This document shows positions 41,382-51,975 of a DNA stretch of 64,000 nt, piece by piece (the first letter of the stretch is position 1; every line of letters starts with the position of its first letter). The notes beneath the pieces are model-generated. The model did no database searches. It saw only the letters and a list, made by a program, of their open reading frames with translations, and was not told the DNA's origin. A program made the translations under genes and the position numbers. This DNA comes from Alphaproteobacteria bacterium (GTDB lineage: Bacteria; Pseudomonadota; Alphaproteobacteria; SP197), in the NCBI GenBank assembly GCA_964291415.2, contig OZ219918.1, forward strand, positions 96,001-160,000, in the 5' to 3' direction.

Positions 41382-43049
41382 TTACAACCGGGAGCGCTCA
41401 AGTTCGATATCGGCGTTGCGCCAGAACGATTCGAACTGCCGCGTCACGATGATGGCATCCTGCACCTTGCCCTGCGCCTCGAGCGCCTGCGCCAGACCGA
41501 AAGTTGACCAGCCATTCTGCTGGTTCCATTCCAGATCCTCGCGATAGACGGCTTCCGCTTCTTTCGCGCGCCCGGCGTCGAGCAGCGCCGCGCCCAGGTA
41601 GAGGCGCATGGACTGGGACCAGTCGGGCGGCTCGGTGTAGTTGCTGGCGTCCTGCAGTTTCACCGCCGCCTGAAAGTGAGTGATGGCTGCATCGAGGTTG
41701 CCCCGGGCTTCGGCGATCTCGCCCTGCAGCGCTTGGGCGGCCAGTTTGAGCACCTGTGACGCGGGCGTGGGTCCGACTCCGGTGTCGTCGACACCATCGA
41801 CCCGGGCCTGAGCCTGAATGTTGGCCAGTTCGGCCTCGGCCATGTCGATTTGACCGTCAGCCACATAGGCACTGCCGAGCACATAGCTCCACATGCCGTC
41901 GAGATACGGCGTGCCGGAGTGGCTTTGTTCGCCTTCCAGGATGCGGTCCCACTTGCCGAAGACCTTGTCCACTATCCAGGATTGCACCACCCGCTTTTCG
42001 CCGCCACGCACCGCTTCGGCAACCCGGCCGACACCCGCCACACTGCGCCGGGCGGCTTCGAACGAGGCGGCGTAGTTGCCTTGCAGCATGTTGGCGTAGC
42101 GTACGAAATCCAGCGCATGCGGCGCGTGGGACCTGTGCGACAGCGCATAGGTGCCATTCGTCGGAAAGTTGTTGTCGCCCCAGATTTCGGCGAACTGCTC
42201 ATCGACGACCTGGGACCGTTCGTTGGCGTCGATGGCCTTTTCGTACTCGCCGACACGCAGGTAGATGTGGCCGGGCATATGCACCATATGGCCCGAAATC
42301 GGCACGGTTCCTTCCAGCTTCAGGGCCGAAGGCATGGCCAGTTCCGGTTCGCCGGAGGCCTCCATCAGATGGATGTAGAGATGATTGGCGCCGGGATGGT
42401 CGTGTTCAACCGCCATGGCGGCTTCGAACGCAGCGCGTGCTTCAGCGGTGCCGGCCCTGGGTGAACCGTCGGGCTCCCAGTAATCCCAGCTTCTGGTGTT
42501 CATGTACGCTTCGCCGAACATGGACGCGATATCCGCATCGTCCGGATACTTGTGGTGCAGTTCGCGCATGGCGTTCAGATAGGCCTGGTCCCGTTCCCGG
42601 TCATCCGCGACGGCGTCCCTGTTGTAGAGCACGAACAGCGCGTTGATCATGTCCCGCTCCCGCTCGCTGCCGTTGTCGATGCGCTCGAGCGCATTGCGGA
42701 TGGCCTCGAGGCCGGCACCTTGAGGATCGTCCGGCAGACCGGCATAGCGACTGTTGGGATTGGGCCCCGCGGCATGGGCGAGGCCGAAGTATGGCATGGG
42801 ATGGTCCGGGTCGTGACGAGACGCTTCCTGGTATGAGGCCATGGACTCGGGAAAGTAGAAACTCCAGGCCATGCGCAGACCCTGGTCGAAAAAGGCCTGG
42901 GCCTTGGCCGAATCGGTTGAAATCGGTCTGCTGTACGTGCCGCCCCCGGGGATCAGTATAGCCAGGGCTCCGTCGTCCTGGGCCTGGACCGTCTGCCAGG
43001 TCATCAAGGCGGCAAGCAAGCCGGCAGCCGCAATCAGGAATCTGCTCAC
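41382..43049 (-). CDS. Secreted TPR-like protein with conserved His motifs
   Basis: Signal peptide; AQAFFDQGL, HPGANHLYIHLME, GHMVHMPGHIY, Y.EPP.W, NGW. Confidence 0.8.
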   Translation of the reverse strand: MSRFLIAAAGLLAALMTWQTVQAQDDGALAILIPGGGTYSRPISTDSAKAQAFFDQGLRMAWSFYFPESMASYQEASRHDPDHPMPYFGLAHAAGPNPNSRYAGLPDDPQGAGLEAIRNALERIDNGSERERDMINALFVLYNRDAVADDRERDQAYLNAMRELHHKYPDDADIASMFGEAYMNTRSWDYWEPDGSPRAGTAEARAAFEAAMAVEHDHPGANHLYIHLMEASGEPELAMPSALKLEGTVPISGHMVHMPGHIYLRVGEYEKAIDANERSQVVDEQFAEIWGDNNFPTNGTYALSHRSHAPHALDFVRYANMLQGNYAASFEAARRSVAGVGRVAEAVRGGEKRVVQSWIVDKVFGKWDRILEGEQSHSGTPYLDGMWSYVLGSAYVADGQIDMAEAELANIQAQARVDGVDDTGVGPTPASQVLKLAAQALQGEIAEARGNLDAAITHFQAAVKLQDASNYTEPPDWSQSMRLYLGAALLDAGRAKEAEAVYREDLEWNQQNGWSTFGLAQALEAQGKVQDAIIVTRQFESFWRNADIELERSRL

Positions 43050-43220
43050 TGTTCACTCCCCGCAAGACAGAATCTCAGTGGTTCTTCGACCCGCCAACGG
43101 TCGGTATCAGAAGCATCGCGCCCCATTGCTCTGCCAGCTGGAGAAATCCGGGGCCGGGCACAGCCGTCCCACGGCGACGACGATCCTGGCCGATGTTCCC
43201 GCCTTGGTGCGACATGACCG

Positions 43221-43472
43221 CAGGAGGCCCGTCGGGAACGCGCCCCCGGTGAAGCCCCGCGGGCCGACACTCCATCGAGGAGCGCTCTCAACTTCGGCGC
43301 CCTGTCAGGCGGACCGTCGCCGCCGACGTGTCGGTCTCGCCCTCCCTCCTTCGTTGCTCGTGCCCGCCGCTCGCGAGGGAACCGGCGCGGCGGCTCCTCC
43401 CGGTCGGGGTGGAACCGGCACCGCTCACGGACCGGGACGATTGAAACGGCATCGGGAGTGGATCTCGATCCA
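43221..43472 (+). repeat. Repeat X copy 1 (copy 2 at 54676-54929)
   Basis: Shared blocks caggaggccc...acactccatcga...ccgctcacggacc.ggacgattgaaacggcatcg.gagtggatctcgatcca. Confidence 0.85.
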
Positions 43473-43873
43473 GCCCTCGTCGGCGTCGCTCGCTTGTGCA
43501 CCGTAGTCGCATTCGGCCACGAGGCCCCGATAGGCGCCGTCGACACCGATCATGCCGTGACTTCCGGACGTCCCGCTCCGGCGCGAGAGCACGTACAGCC
43601 TGCCGTTCGGCAGGGTCAACTCGGACACGGCAACGATGTCTCCGCCGCCGATCCACGTCAGGCCGAGCGCCGTACCCTTGTGGCCGGCTTCGAACGGCCT
43701 GTCCGCGGGTCCGCGATCTCCACGTCGCAGCGGGACGGGCCGGCTGCCGTATCGCCTACCTCGACGTAGGCGGGCTGGCACAGGCTGATGGCGGAGAATT
43801 CGCCGGAATCGTCGGCAGTCACCGTACCGGAAGCCGCGAGGAGAACGGCGCACGCCAGAGTGATTCGCCTCAT
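43425..43873 (-). pseudogene. Small secreted Cys-containing hypothetical protein with a 1-nt frameshift near 43697
   Basis: Signal peptide MRRITLACAVLLAASG; C-half (GTALGLTW...GVDGAYRGL.AECDY...WIEIHSRCRF) lies in an adjacent frame; span is 449 nt. Confidence 0.55.
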
Positions 43874-43984
43874 GCAGTGCTCCCGTCTGCTGCAACCGGC
43901 ACACAGTATGGGCCACGTGCCCCGTCCGCAACGAGCCGGATCCGGTCCCGTGCGACCGGCCGAGGCTGCAGGTTCCCCAGGTGC

Positions 43985-44182
43985 CCCGGGAACACAACTC
44001 CCGCCATGGCGCCAGGCTGTGTTCGGATCGGCCGCGCAGGTCAATCGGTCCCATATCGGTGAATTCGAACTTCGTGGAGCCGGCAAGGCGGTCGACAACG
44101 TCTGCCGAAGCGAGAAGGCCTCTGACAAGTTTCCTGCGGGCGGCTTCGATTCGCGTCGTCGCGTTCACCGTATCGCCGAGGT
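43985..44182 (-). pseudogene. 3' remnant of adenylate cyclase (copy of 55174-55383)
   Basis: LGDTVNATTRIEAA.RKL...SADVVDRLAG.T.FEFTDMGPIDLRGRSE nearly matches the intact gene. Confidence 0.85.
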
Positions 44183-44395
44183 CATGGCACCGATTGCCGC
44201 TGCACTGTGCGGCAGGCTCGAAATCGAAGCTGTTGGTACCGGAACATCATCTGTCAGGATGTGACCAGGAGGTGGAGGCACGTCGATCAGGAGAACGTTG
44301 CGGCCCCTTGTGAAATTGGGAGCACGTGACACCTGTCAGTCTGGAATGACACATGACATCGCGCTATAATGCGTCAAGAAACGTGGAGAACGGCC

Positions 44396-44746
44396 ATGCG
44401 TTTTCAGGAGTTCATGGAAGATCAGGTGTTCTCTCCGACTCTCGTCGCTGAAACGCTGCGCACCACAAAGTCGGAAATTGCTGCCACGCTGGGACTCGGG
44501 AGAGACGCATTCGCACGCGAATCGCGGATCCGGGCACGGAAGACCCAGAGCCGCCTGCGCCAGATGCTGGAGATTCTCAACCGTGTTGAAGCCATGACCG
44601 GTTCGCCGCTTGCCGCCTATGCATGGTTCCGCGCCGAGCCGCTGCCGGGATTCGGAGGTGTCACCCCCGATCAGCTGCTGCGCCAGGGCCGTGCCGATCA
44701 TGTGCATGCCTATCTCGACCGGATCATGGCAGGTGGCTACGCCTGA
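44396..44746 (+). CDS. Xre/MbcA/ParS-type antitoxin
   Basis: AYAWFRAEPLPGFGG.TP..L...GR...V..YL; TATAAT at 44365-44370. Confidence 0.88.
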   Translation: MRFQEFMEDQVFSPTLVAETLRTTKSEIAATLGLGRDAFARESRIRARKTQSRLRQMLEILNRVEAMTGSPLAAYAWFRAEPLPGFGGVTPDQLLRQGRADHVHAYLDRIMAGGYA

Positions 44747-44761
44747 GTTCGTGCGTCACTG

Positions 44762-45274
44762 ATGCGCTTTCAGGGCGTGGTGTACCGGGCGCACAACCCA
44801 CTATGGTCATGGGCGCCCCTGTCCGGTGAAGGCGCACGCCGTCATGGTGGTCGTTTCAACCGACGTGGCGTTGCGGCACTCTACACGTCTCTTACTCCTC
44901 TCGCCGCAGTCCGCGAGGCACAGCCGCTCGGTCGCCCCATGCAACCACTCACGCTTTGCGCCTACAACGTGGATGTCGAACCTGTTTTCGATGCGCTCAA
45001 CGAAGAGACGCGTCAGGCCCTGAGCATTGGCTGGAACGACCTTGTGTGCCCTGGTTGGGAAGCTGACATGCTCTTCGGCGCCGTCCCCGCATCGCAGACT
45101 CTGGCTGACCGGCTGATCGCTGCCGGCTATGCGGGCATGAAGGTTCAGAGTTTTGCGACCGGCGCCGATGCTGACGACATCAATCTTGTGATGTGGAGAT
45201 GGGGCGCCGAAAGACCCGCCAGAGTTGTCCTCATCGATGACGAGGGCAGGCTTGTCCCTGGACCGGGCCACTGA
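44762..45274 (+). CDS. RES-domain toxin
   Basis: YRAH.P.W...PLSGEGA...GGRFNR.G..ALY.S......RE, GY.G..V.SFA, NLV.W. Confidence 0.9.
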   Translation: MRFQGVVYRAHNPLWSWAPLSGEGARRHGGRFNRRGVAALYTSLTPLAAVREAQPLGRPMQPLTLCAYNVDVEPVFDALNEETRQALSIGWNDLVCPGWEADMLFGAVPASQTLADRLIAAGYAGMKVQSFATGADADDINLVMWRWGAERPARVVLIDDEGRLVPGPGH

Positions 45275-45324
45275 TCGCTTCCGGCCTGGCGCACATTCCG
45301 TGGCGTCTTGCCGGCATGGCGGTT

Positions 45325-45612
45325 TCACAGCATCCCGGAGAGCCTGGTGCGCTGGACCTTGCCGGACGGGCCCCTGGGCAGGTCAGCAAGGACATGGATG
45401 CGATCGGGAGCCCGGAAGGCGCCGAGCCTGGCGCGACAGTGGGTGGTGAGTTCCTCGATGGTCACCGTCGCGTCCTTCGCGAGGCAGACGGCGACCTCGA
45501 TGCGTTGGCCGTAGTCCCGGCAGGGTCTGGCGAACGCCGCCTCGATGACATCGGGGTGGGCGTGGAGTGCATCATCCACTTCCCGGAGGGCGATGTTCTC
45601 GCCTCTCGCCTC
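45325..45612 (-). pseudogene. C-terminal remnant of an AMP-binding CoA ligase (SauT-like)
   Basis: GENIALREVDDAL..HP.V.EA, YGQ.I, LG.F..PD.I.....LPRGPSGKVQR; no N-terminus adjacent. Confidence 0.75.
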
Positions 45613-45946
45613 ATGCAGGCCTCCCGTCTTCGTGACCTGCACACGCTAGGAACTATGGGCCTCGATCGCAACGAAGCGGGTCCGCTGCCGTGTGGCCGGC
45701 TGAGTTGCCCGGATCTTCGATGCCGGCCCATGTCGGCGAGGCGAACCAGGTCCCGGGGCGTCTTGTCGGATGGCCGTCTTTCGATGATCGGCGGCGCTCT
45801 CGAGAACTCCTGCGATCTCTCCGAACCGGCCGCCAAACCTCCTGCTGCACTGCCGCGCAGTCAGCATGTCGGACGTCGGTCAGGGCGGTTCTGTCCGATG
45901 GCCGGTTTCCGTGGGCACAGAACAACCGGTGTCACACGGCCGTTCG

Positions 45947-46705
45947 TCAGCGCGTGATCGTACCGCCATCGACGACAATGGTCTGGCCGGTCACGAAGGT
46001 TGCCGTTTCCGAGGCCAGAAAGGCCGCGACGCCGACCAGATCCGATGGTTCGATGAGCCGCTGTACGCTCTGGGACCGGAGAATGTCGGTTTCCAGCTCA
46101 TTCACGATTTCCGGGCTGGCCATCGAGCGCGTTGCCTCGGTGGTGGTGTATCCCGGCGCCAATCCGTTCACCGTGATTCCGGTCCCGGAAAGTTCCCGGG
46201 AAAGGGCGTTCGTCAATGCCCATACGGCACCCTTGGAGGCAACATAGTGAAGGAAGCCGGGCTTGCCCATGAAGATCACGTTGCTGGAGACATTGATGAT
46301 GCGGCCATGGCCTCGGGATCGCATGTGCGGGGCGACCGCACGACACATTTGCCAGACACCCTTGACGTTGACGGACATGACCCTGTCCCATTCATCTTCC
46401 GGGATGTCCTCGAATCCCCTGATGCGAATGCCGCCGTAAATCGCGGCGTTGTTGACGAGCGTGTCGACATGTCCAAACGCTTCGAGGGACGATTCGATGA
46501 TATCCGAGGCATCACGGGCCGAGGTCACGTCGCCGATCAGGCCGATGGCCTCCCCGGATGCATCTCTCACCTGGCGAACTGTCTCTTCGCAGCTCAGGCG
46601 GTCTGTCGCGACAACGTTCGCGCCAAGCCGTGCGAAATGCAGCGCCATGCTTTGGCCGATGCCCCGCGCCGCGCCGGTGATGATGGCAACGCGATGCTTC
46701 AGCAT
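45947..46705 (-). CDS. SDR family oxidoreductase
   Basis: TGAARGIG, NNAA, YVASKG, GQTIVVDGG. Confidence 0.92.
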   Translation of the reverse strand: MLKHRVAIITGAARGIGQSMALHFARLGANVVATDRLSCEETVRQVRDASGEAIGLIGDVTSARDASDIIESSLEAFGHVDTLVNNAAIYGGIRIRGFEDIPEDEWDRVMSVNVKGVWQMCRAVAPHMRSRGHGRIINVSSNVIFMGKPGFLHYVASKGAVWALTNALSRELSGTGITVNGLAPGYTTTEATRSMASPEIVNELETDILRSQSVQRLIEPSDLVGVAAFLASETATFVTGQTIVVDGGTITR

Positions 46706-47045
46706 GCCTGTTGCCGTCCTTCCGCCGCTGATCTGAATCCGCTGAAGTTGCCGGACACCTGATCGTTCCGTTGCACGCCTTGATCCTCTCCGGCCCGGAC
46801 TCCCCGGGGAGATGGGAAGCAATCAAACTCCCTAGGGGTCGCGAAGGCAAGGGCGGCAACACCGTCCCCGGGACGCCATGATCCGCACGTTTCAGGTCGA
46901 CAAGGCCGACTCTCCACCGACGATGAAGCCGGCAGGAGCATCCTCGTGAACCGGCCGGCGTTTTCGATGAGGGACCATATGCCCGTGTTGTCCGGGTCGG
47001 TCGCGGGCCTTCCTCCCCGGCATCCGGCTTGCGAACCGGAAATGG

Positions 47046-48524
47046 CTACCCCTGCCGGGTCATCTGAATGCGAGGGCCTTCGCCGGTGGGGCGACTGAAA
47101 TCGATGCCGGTGTTGCGTTCCGCGGCGCTCAGCATGCGCCTTCCGGCTGCGCCTGCCTTGCTCGCGATGTCGTCCTCGTCGAAGCTCGCGAGCTTGCCGT
47201 TCTCGACAACGATCCGCCCATTGACCATCGTGAGTTGTGCTTTTGATTCGGAGCCACACATCAACAGGGCCGCGAGAGGATCGCTGGAGGCGCCAACGTA
47301 GGATACGCCTCCAAGATTGAAGGCCGCGATATCGGCGGACATGTCGGGAGCAAGGTGGCCGATGTCGTTTCGACCCAGAATGGCCGCGCCATTCCTCGTA
47401 GCCATGAGAAGCGCCTGATATGGCGTCATCCACTCGACGAGAGGATCCACATCGTCGGGCGTGTTGACCCGGTGCAGGAGGAGTCCGAGCCGCACTTCGT
47501 TGAGCATGGAACCGCTGTCGTTGCTGGACGCGCCGTCGACACCAATGCCGACCGTGACTCCCTTTCGTTGCATGGCGGCAATTCGCGGAACCCGATAGCC
47601 CAGACGAACAATGGTCCGGGGACAATGCGCAACGCCGCATCCGTTCTCAGCGAAAGCGCGAATCTCGTCATCCTCCAGTTCGGTACAATGTGCGAACCAG
47701 GTTCCCGGCCTGAGCCAACCGCTTTCGGCCAGAACATCGAGAGGCTCCTTGCCGGTCTTTTGCCGTGAAAGGGTGCGTTCGAGCTGGCGCGGGAGATAAT
47801 GTGTGTGAAGACCACAATTGGCCGATTCAGCGATTTCGGCCATTTTTCGCATGAAATCCGGCCGATCATAACTGACCCCCGTCGGTCCCAGAGCGATGCG
47901 CAGCATGGAATGGCGGCCTGAATCGTGGTGGATGCGGATGGTGTCCTCGATGGCGGGGATCAGTTCTTCTTCCCGGTCCTGCAGACGACGGAGCCGTTTG
48001 CCCATGACCGGCAACAGCCGGGTGGCAAGATCGCCCTCCATGGTCGGCATCGAACCTCGAACCAGATGCAGGCGAATTCCCGAATCAGCGGCAGCGTTCA
48101 CCTGAGACCCCACGAAATCGCCGTCTTCGGCGGGCATGAGGTAGGAATGATCCGCGGTTGTGGTGGCGCCTGTCAGAAGCAGTTCCGCCGTGGCAGCCAT
48201 GCTCGCCCAGTACAGGGCTTCCGGATCAAGCTCGGCCCAAAGCGGATACAGGCCTGCCAGCCAGTCGATGGCAGACGCCCGCTGTGTGGCCGGAATGCCG
48301 CGCGCGATCGACTGGAAAAAGTGATGGTGGGTGTTGACAAGCCCCGGTATGGCCACGCAACCGGTCAGATCGAGGGAAATGTCAGCGTGCTGTCCGCGCC
48401 ACGGTTCGTGGCCGATTTCGGCAATCCGGCAATCCCTGACCAGGATGTACCCCCGGCGGAAAGCGCGGTTCTCGTCATCACATGTATAGATGCAGTCTAT
48501 GTTTCGAAGGATGACGGTGGTCAC
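47046..48524 (-). CDS. Amidohydrolase (8-oxoguanine deaminase/AtzB-like, off-consensus)
   Basis: PGLVNTHHHFFQ, WFAHC, AHCP, GVDGASSND. Confidence 0.85.
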   Translation of the reverse strand: MTTVILRNIDCIYTCDDENRAFRRGYILVRDCRIAEIGHEPWRGQHADISLDLTGCVAIPGLVNTHHHFFQSIARGIPATQRASAIDWLAGLYPLWAELDPEALYWASMAATAELLLTGATTTADHSYLMPAEDGDFVGSQVNAAADSGIRLHLVRGSMPTMEGDLATRLLPVMGKRLRRLQDREEELIPAIEDTIRIHHDSGRHSMLRIALGPTGVSYDRPDFMRKMAEIAESANCGLHTHYLPRQLERTLSRQKTGKEPLDVLAESGWLRPGTWFAHCTELEDDEIRAFAENGCGVAHCPRTIVRLGYRVPRIAAMQRKGVTVGIGVDGASSNDSGSMLNEVRLGLLLHRVNTPDDVDPLVEWMTPYQALLMATRNGAAILGRNDIGHLAPDMSADIAAFNLGGVSYVGASSDPLAALLMCGSESKAQLTMVNGRIVVENGKLASFDEDDIASKAGAAGRRMLSAAERNTGIDFSRPTGEGPRIQMTRQG

Positions 48525-48556
48525 GTATCCTCCAGCGTTTCCGGTCTCGTGCCGCC

Positions 48557-49249
48557 CTATCCGGCGTAGGTTCCGGGGCCGGGCCAGGGATCGTTCATTT
48601 TCCACGCAGCGTCGAAGACATGAATCTGATGCTGAACGCTACGCAGGAAAATCCGCTCCAATTCTTCCAGTTCGGTTTCGTTCAGATTTCCGGCGCAGGT
48701 TTCGAGCGCCTCGACCAGGGCATTGACCTGCTTTCTCTGGAACGGCCGGCGGTAGTGATCAATCCATTTTCGATAGACGGCATGATGACTGGAGGTATCC
48801 CTGTCCTTCATCCAGTCGCCGATCTCCGCGAAACCCACGCAACACGGCAACGTCGATGTGAAAACCGCGAACGCGGACCCTTCATGCGCCGTGCGCACAA
48901 GGTGGTTCATGTAGCCCTCACGCGCCTTCAGCGCGGCCCACCGGTCTGACGAGAAATCATTGCAGCCGATCTCCGCCAGCCAGTCCTCTTCGACATTTCC
49001 TTCGTCATAGTCCGCGATGAGCTTGAGAAAGGGCCTGAAATGTCTCAAATCGCGGGCGCTCAGTTTGGCAAACCCCATGAAATAAACCCGGGAAAAATCT
49101 GCAAGGTAGGGAAGATCCTGGACCAGGAAAAACTGGAAGCGCTCCACGCTCAAATCTCCGTGGTACATCCCTTCCAGCCATGGGTGGCGCACGTAGGCTG
49201 TCCAGTTTTCTCCCGCATGCGACTTGAGCCGATCGATGAAATCACCCAT
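48557..49249 (-). CDS. TenA/THI-4 family protein
   Basis: HPW...M..G.L...F..FL.QD..YL, LPC..G..EIG, Y.KWID.Y. Confidence 0.85.
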   Translation of the reverse strand: MGDFIDRLKSHAGENWTAYVRHPWLEGMYHGDLSVERFQFFLVQDLPYLADFSRVYFMGFAKLSARDLRHFRPFLKLIADYDEGNVEEDWLAEIGCNDFSSDRWAALKAREGYMNHLVRTAHEGSAFAVFTSTLPCCVGFAEIGDWMKDRDTSSHHAVYRKWIDHYRRPFQRKQVNALVEALETCAGNLNETELEELERIFLRSVQHQIHVFDAAWKMNDPWPGPGTYAG

Positions 49250-49770
49250 CCCCCGATTTCCTTTCATGCCCGTGCCACGGCGCCCGGAAACAAGGTATGC
49301 AAGCTGGGCCGTCTTGTAAACAGGCCGCGCCGGTCTGATCAGGACGAACACGCGCCGTCCCATGGTGACGATTTGCCGGATGTCGTGCGCTTGCTGCCAT
49401 GACGGGCGGCTCTCCGGCACCGCCTCGATGCAGCGCGACGCCCGACGACCCGCGCCGGGAACCGGCTGCTTCGTGCAGACGACGTCACCTGCGGCAAAGG
49501 CCGTGGCCATGCCTTCGTTGTCTGCCTGACCGGTGCAATTGTCGCAATCCTGCGCTGCAAGGTTCAGTCCTGGTTGACCGGCTCCGCACATGCCGGGGAG
49601 AGGCTGATGAAGGAGGGCCGCATACGCGGCGATGCGCCGTCGCTGCCGGAATCACTTTGTTCTGTGTCCGCTGCTGTAGTACCGTCTTTCCGTTGTCCTG
49701 TTGGTGCCCACCGAAACCGGTCGGGCGCAAGATGAGCTGTTCAAGCACTATCAAGAACGGGAGGCGTATC

Positions 49771-50823
49771 GTGAATTCACATTCTTCAAGACGAGATTTC
49801 CTGAAGGCCGGCGCTATCGGAGGGGCCGCAGCGACCTTTGCATCCGGCACTTTGTTGACACCTTCAATGGCGGCAGATCCCCTTCGGGTGACTCACTACG
49901 GGGGCCCCTATGCCGCCCTGGAGTCAATCATCGGAGAAACGTTCGAGGATGCCGGATACGGGTCGGTCGAATACGAACAGGATCAGCCTGGCCTGATTAT
50001 CAGCAAATGGCAGGCAGATCCAAGCGACCCGATTTACGATATCGGCTTCTTGACACGGGATCCGACGGTCCGGGCGGGCAAGTCCGGCCTGGTCGAGGTG
50101 CTTTCGGAGGCCGATGTGCCGCTGCTGTCGGAGTGCATACCGGGAACCCTGGCACCTGGCGGGTATGGCGTGGCAATGGTCTTCGATGCGATCGATCTTG
50201 TCTATGACAAGGATGCCGTCGATGGGCCAGTGGATTCGTGGCTCGACCTTTGGCGCCCTGAAGTCAGCGGAAAGCTCATGCTGCCGACGGCACCGTTGAA
50301 CGGCATGGTCGCGGTTCTCCTGGTTACTCTCGCTCGCGCCATGGGCGGCAGCGAGGAAACTGTTGACGAGATATTCCCGAAGGTGGCGGAACTGAAACCG
50401 CACGTGCGGAGTTTCTTCGGAGACCCGAACCAGGTCACGCAGCTCATGGAGCGGCGCGAAGCGGCCATCGCACCTCAGTACAGCGCCCGGATCGGGTTGG
50501 CCATCGCGAAGAACGACTTCATTGCGCGAGCGACCCCCAAGGAAGGAGTGCCGTCGCAGCCATACGATCTGGTGATTGCCAAGGGCAGTCATCAGATGGA
50601 TCTGGCCAAGACCTACGTCAACTACACGCTTGAACGCGAGGTGCAGAAGGCGATTTGTTCCGCGATACCTCTGACGCCTGCCAACAGCAATGTTGAACTC
50701 GATGAGGAGTTCGCCCGACTGATGATCCGGGATGCCAGCAGCCATTTTCTGTATGATTACGCCTATGTGGCGAGCAGACAGGCTGAATGGACCGATCGTT
50801 GGGCGCGTGAAATCGCAAGTTGA
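49771..50823 (+). CDS. Tat-exported ABC solute-binding protein (PotD/PotF-like)
   Basis: SRRDFLK twin-arginine signal, SW.DLW.P, PKEG, W.DRW. Confidence 0.88.
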   Translation: MNSHSSRRDFLKAGAIGGAAATFASGTLLTPSMAADPLRVTHYGGPYAALESIIGETFEDAGYGSVEYEQDQPGLIISKWQADPSDPIYDIGFLTRDPTVRAGKSGLVEVLSEADVPLLSECIPGTLAPGGYGVAMVFDAIDLVYDKDAVDGPVDSWLDLWRPEVSGKLMLPTAPLNGMVAVLLVTLARAMGGSEETVDEIFPKVAELKPHVRSFFGDPNQVTQLMERREAAIAPQYSARIGLAIAKNDFIARATPKEGVPSQPYDLVIAKGSHQMDLAKTYVNYTLEREVQKAICSAIPLTPANSNVELDEEFARLMIRDASSHFLYDYAYVASRQAEWTDRWAREIAS

Positions 50824-51160
50824 CGTTGAAGGCGGGCCGGGCCTTGCCACCGACCCGTTTCTGACCCGGTCCTGCCGCTCTCCCGCTGCCTGGCATCTCG
50901 AGGCAGCGGGAGAGCGGCCCGCGTTGCTGGCCTGGCTGGCGTTTGATCCCTGATTTCCGCGGGCGGAGTGCCTTGTGAATGCGGGCACGGGAGTTGCGCA
51001 CGGATGTTCCCGTCATCCGCGCGACGTGTGATCGCGACCGGGACGGCATTCGGTCCATATGCGAGCATGCCCGGCTGAATCGGCATCCAAGATTGCATCT
51101 GTTCGACGCCTTCGCTCCCGACCGAAGTCCCTGACGCGCCACGCGTGGCCACGTTCTGTT

Positions 51161-51949
51161 TCAGGCCAGATTTGCCACGTCGCGTTTGCGCAACATGCGC
51201 CCGAACAGGAGAAGTCCGACGAGGGAAATGACGACCAGCACGGTCGATACGGCTGCAACACTGGGGTCGGCATAGTACTGGATATGCTGCATCAGACGCA
51301 GGGGCAGAGGATCTCCGCGAGCGAGGAAAATCGACATGGCGACATTGTCGAACGACATCAGAAAGGCGAACGCGACGCCTGCGATCATCCCGGGCCGGAC
51401 AGCAGGGAACGTGATGTCAAGAAATGTCCTGAGACGCGAGGCTCCCAGAGACTGCGCCGCGTGCTCAAGCCGGATGTCGTAACCAGACAGGGCCGCCAGA
51501 ACCAGGTAGACGACGTAGGGAATGCCGATGATGCTGTGGCCGAGCGAGGCAGCCAGGATTCCGGGCCGAATGCCCACCGGCGCCAGGGTTTGAAGCAGGC
51601 CGAGTCCGATGACCACCGCGGGAATGATCAACGGCATGATGACCAGGGACTGAACCGCCGATCGCCCGAAGAACCGGTAGTTGTTGATCGAGATGCCTGC
51701 CAGCGTTCCGGCCACGCCGGCCATGGCGCTGCTGATGGTCGCGATGATCGTGCTCACCACAAAACCATCGACGAACTTGCGATTGTCCCAAGCCACCTCG
51801 TACCACTCCAGGCTCCAGCCCGGTGGCGGGAACACGAGCTGCGAGACATTGCTGAACGACAGGACAATGGCGACGGCGATCGGACCCAGAAGAAAGACCG
51901 TCACCAGTCCGACATATGCGATCAGGAAGGGGGAAGCTGTTCTCGTCAT
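51161..51949 (-). CDS. ABC permease (PotC-like)
   Basis: FPP.GWSL.WY, LEHAAQSLGA, SFD. Confidence 0.9.
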   Translation of the reverse strand: MTRTASPFLIAYVGLVTVFLLGPIAVAIVLSFSNVSQLVFPPPGWSLEWYEVAWDNRKFVDGFVVSTIIATISSAMAGVAGTLAGISINNYRFFGRSAVQSLVIMPLIIPAVVIGLGLLQTLAPVGIRPGILAASLGHSIIGIPYVVYLVLAALSGYDIRLEHAAQSLGASRLRTFLDITFPAVRPGMIAGVAFAFLMSFDNVAMSIFLARGDPLPLRLMQHIQYYADPSVAAVSTVLVVISLVGLLLFGRMLRKRDVANLA

Positions 51950-51975
51950 GTCCGTGAAGGCCCGCCGCTTGCCCG

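Noticed and set aside
49250-49770. TPP riboswitch upstream of tenA
   Set aside because: Could not find the conserved CUGAGA and CCUGA...GCGUAGGGA-like elements by eye
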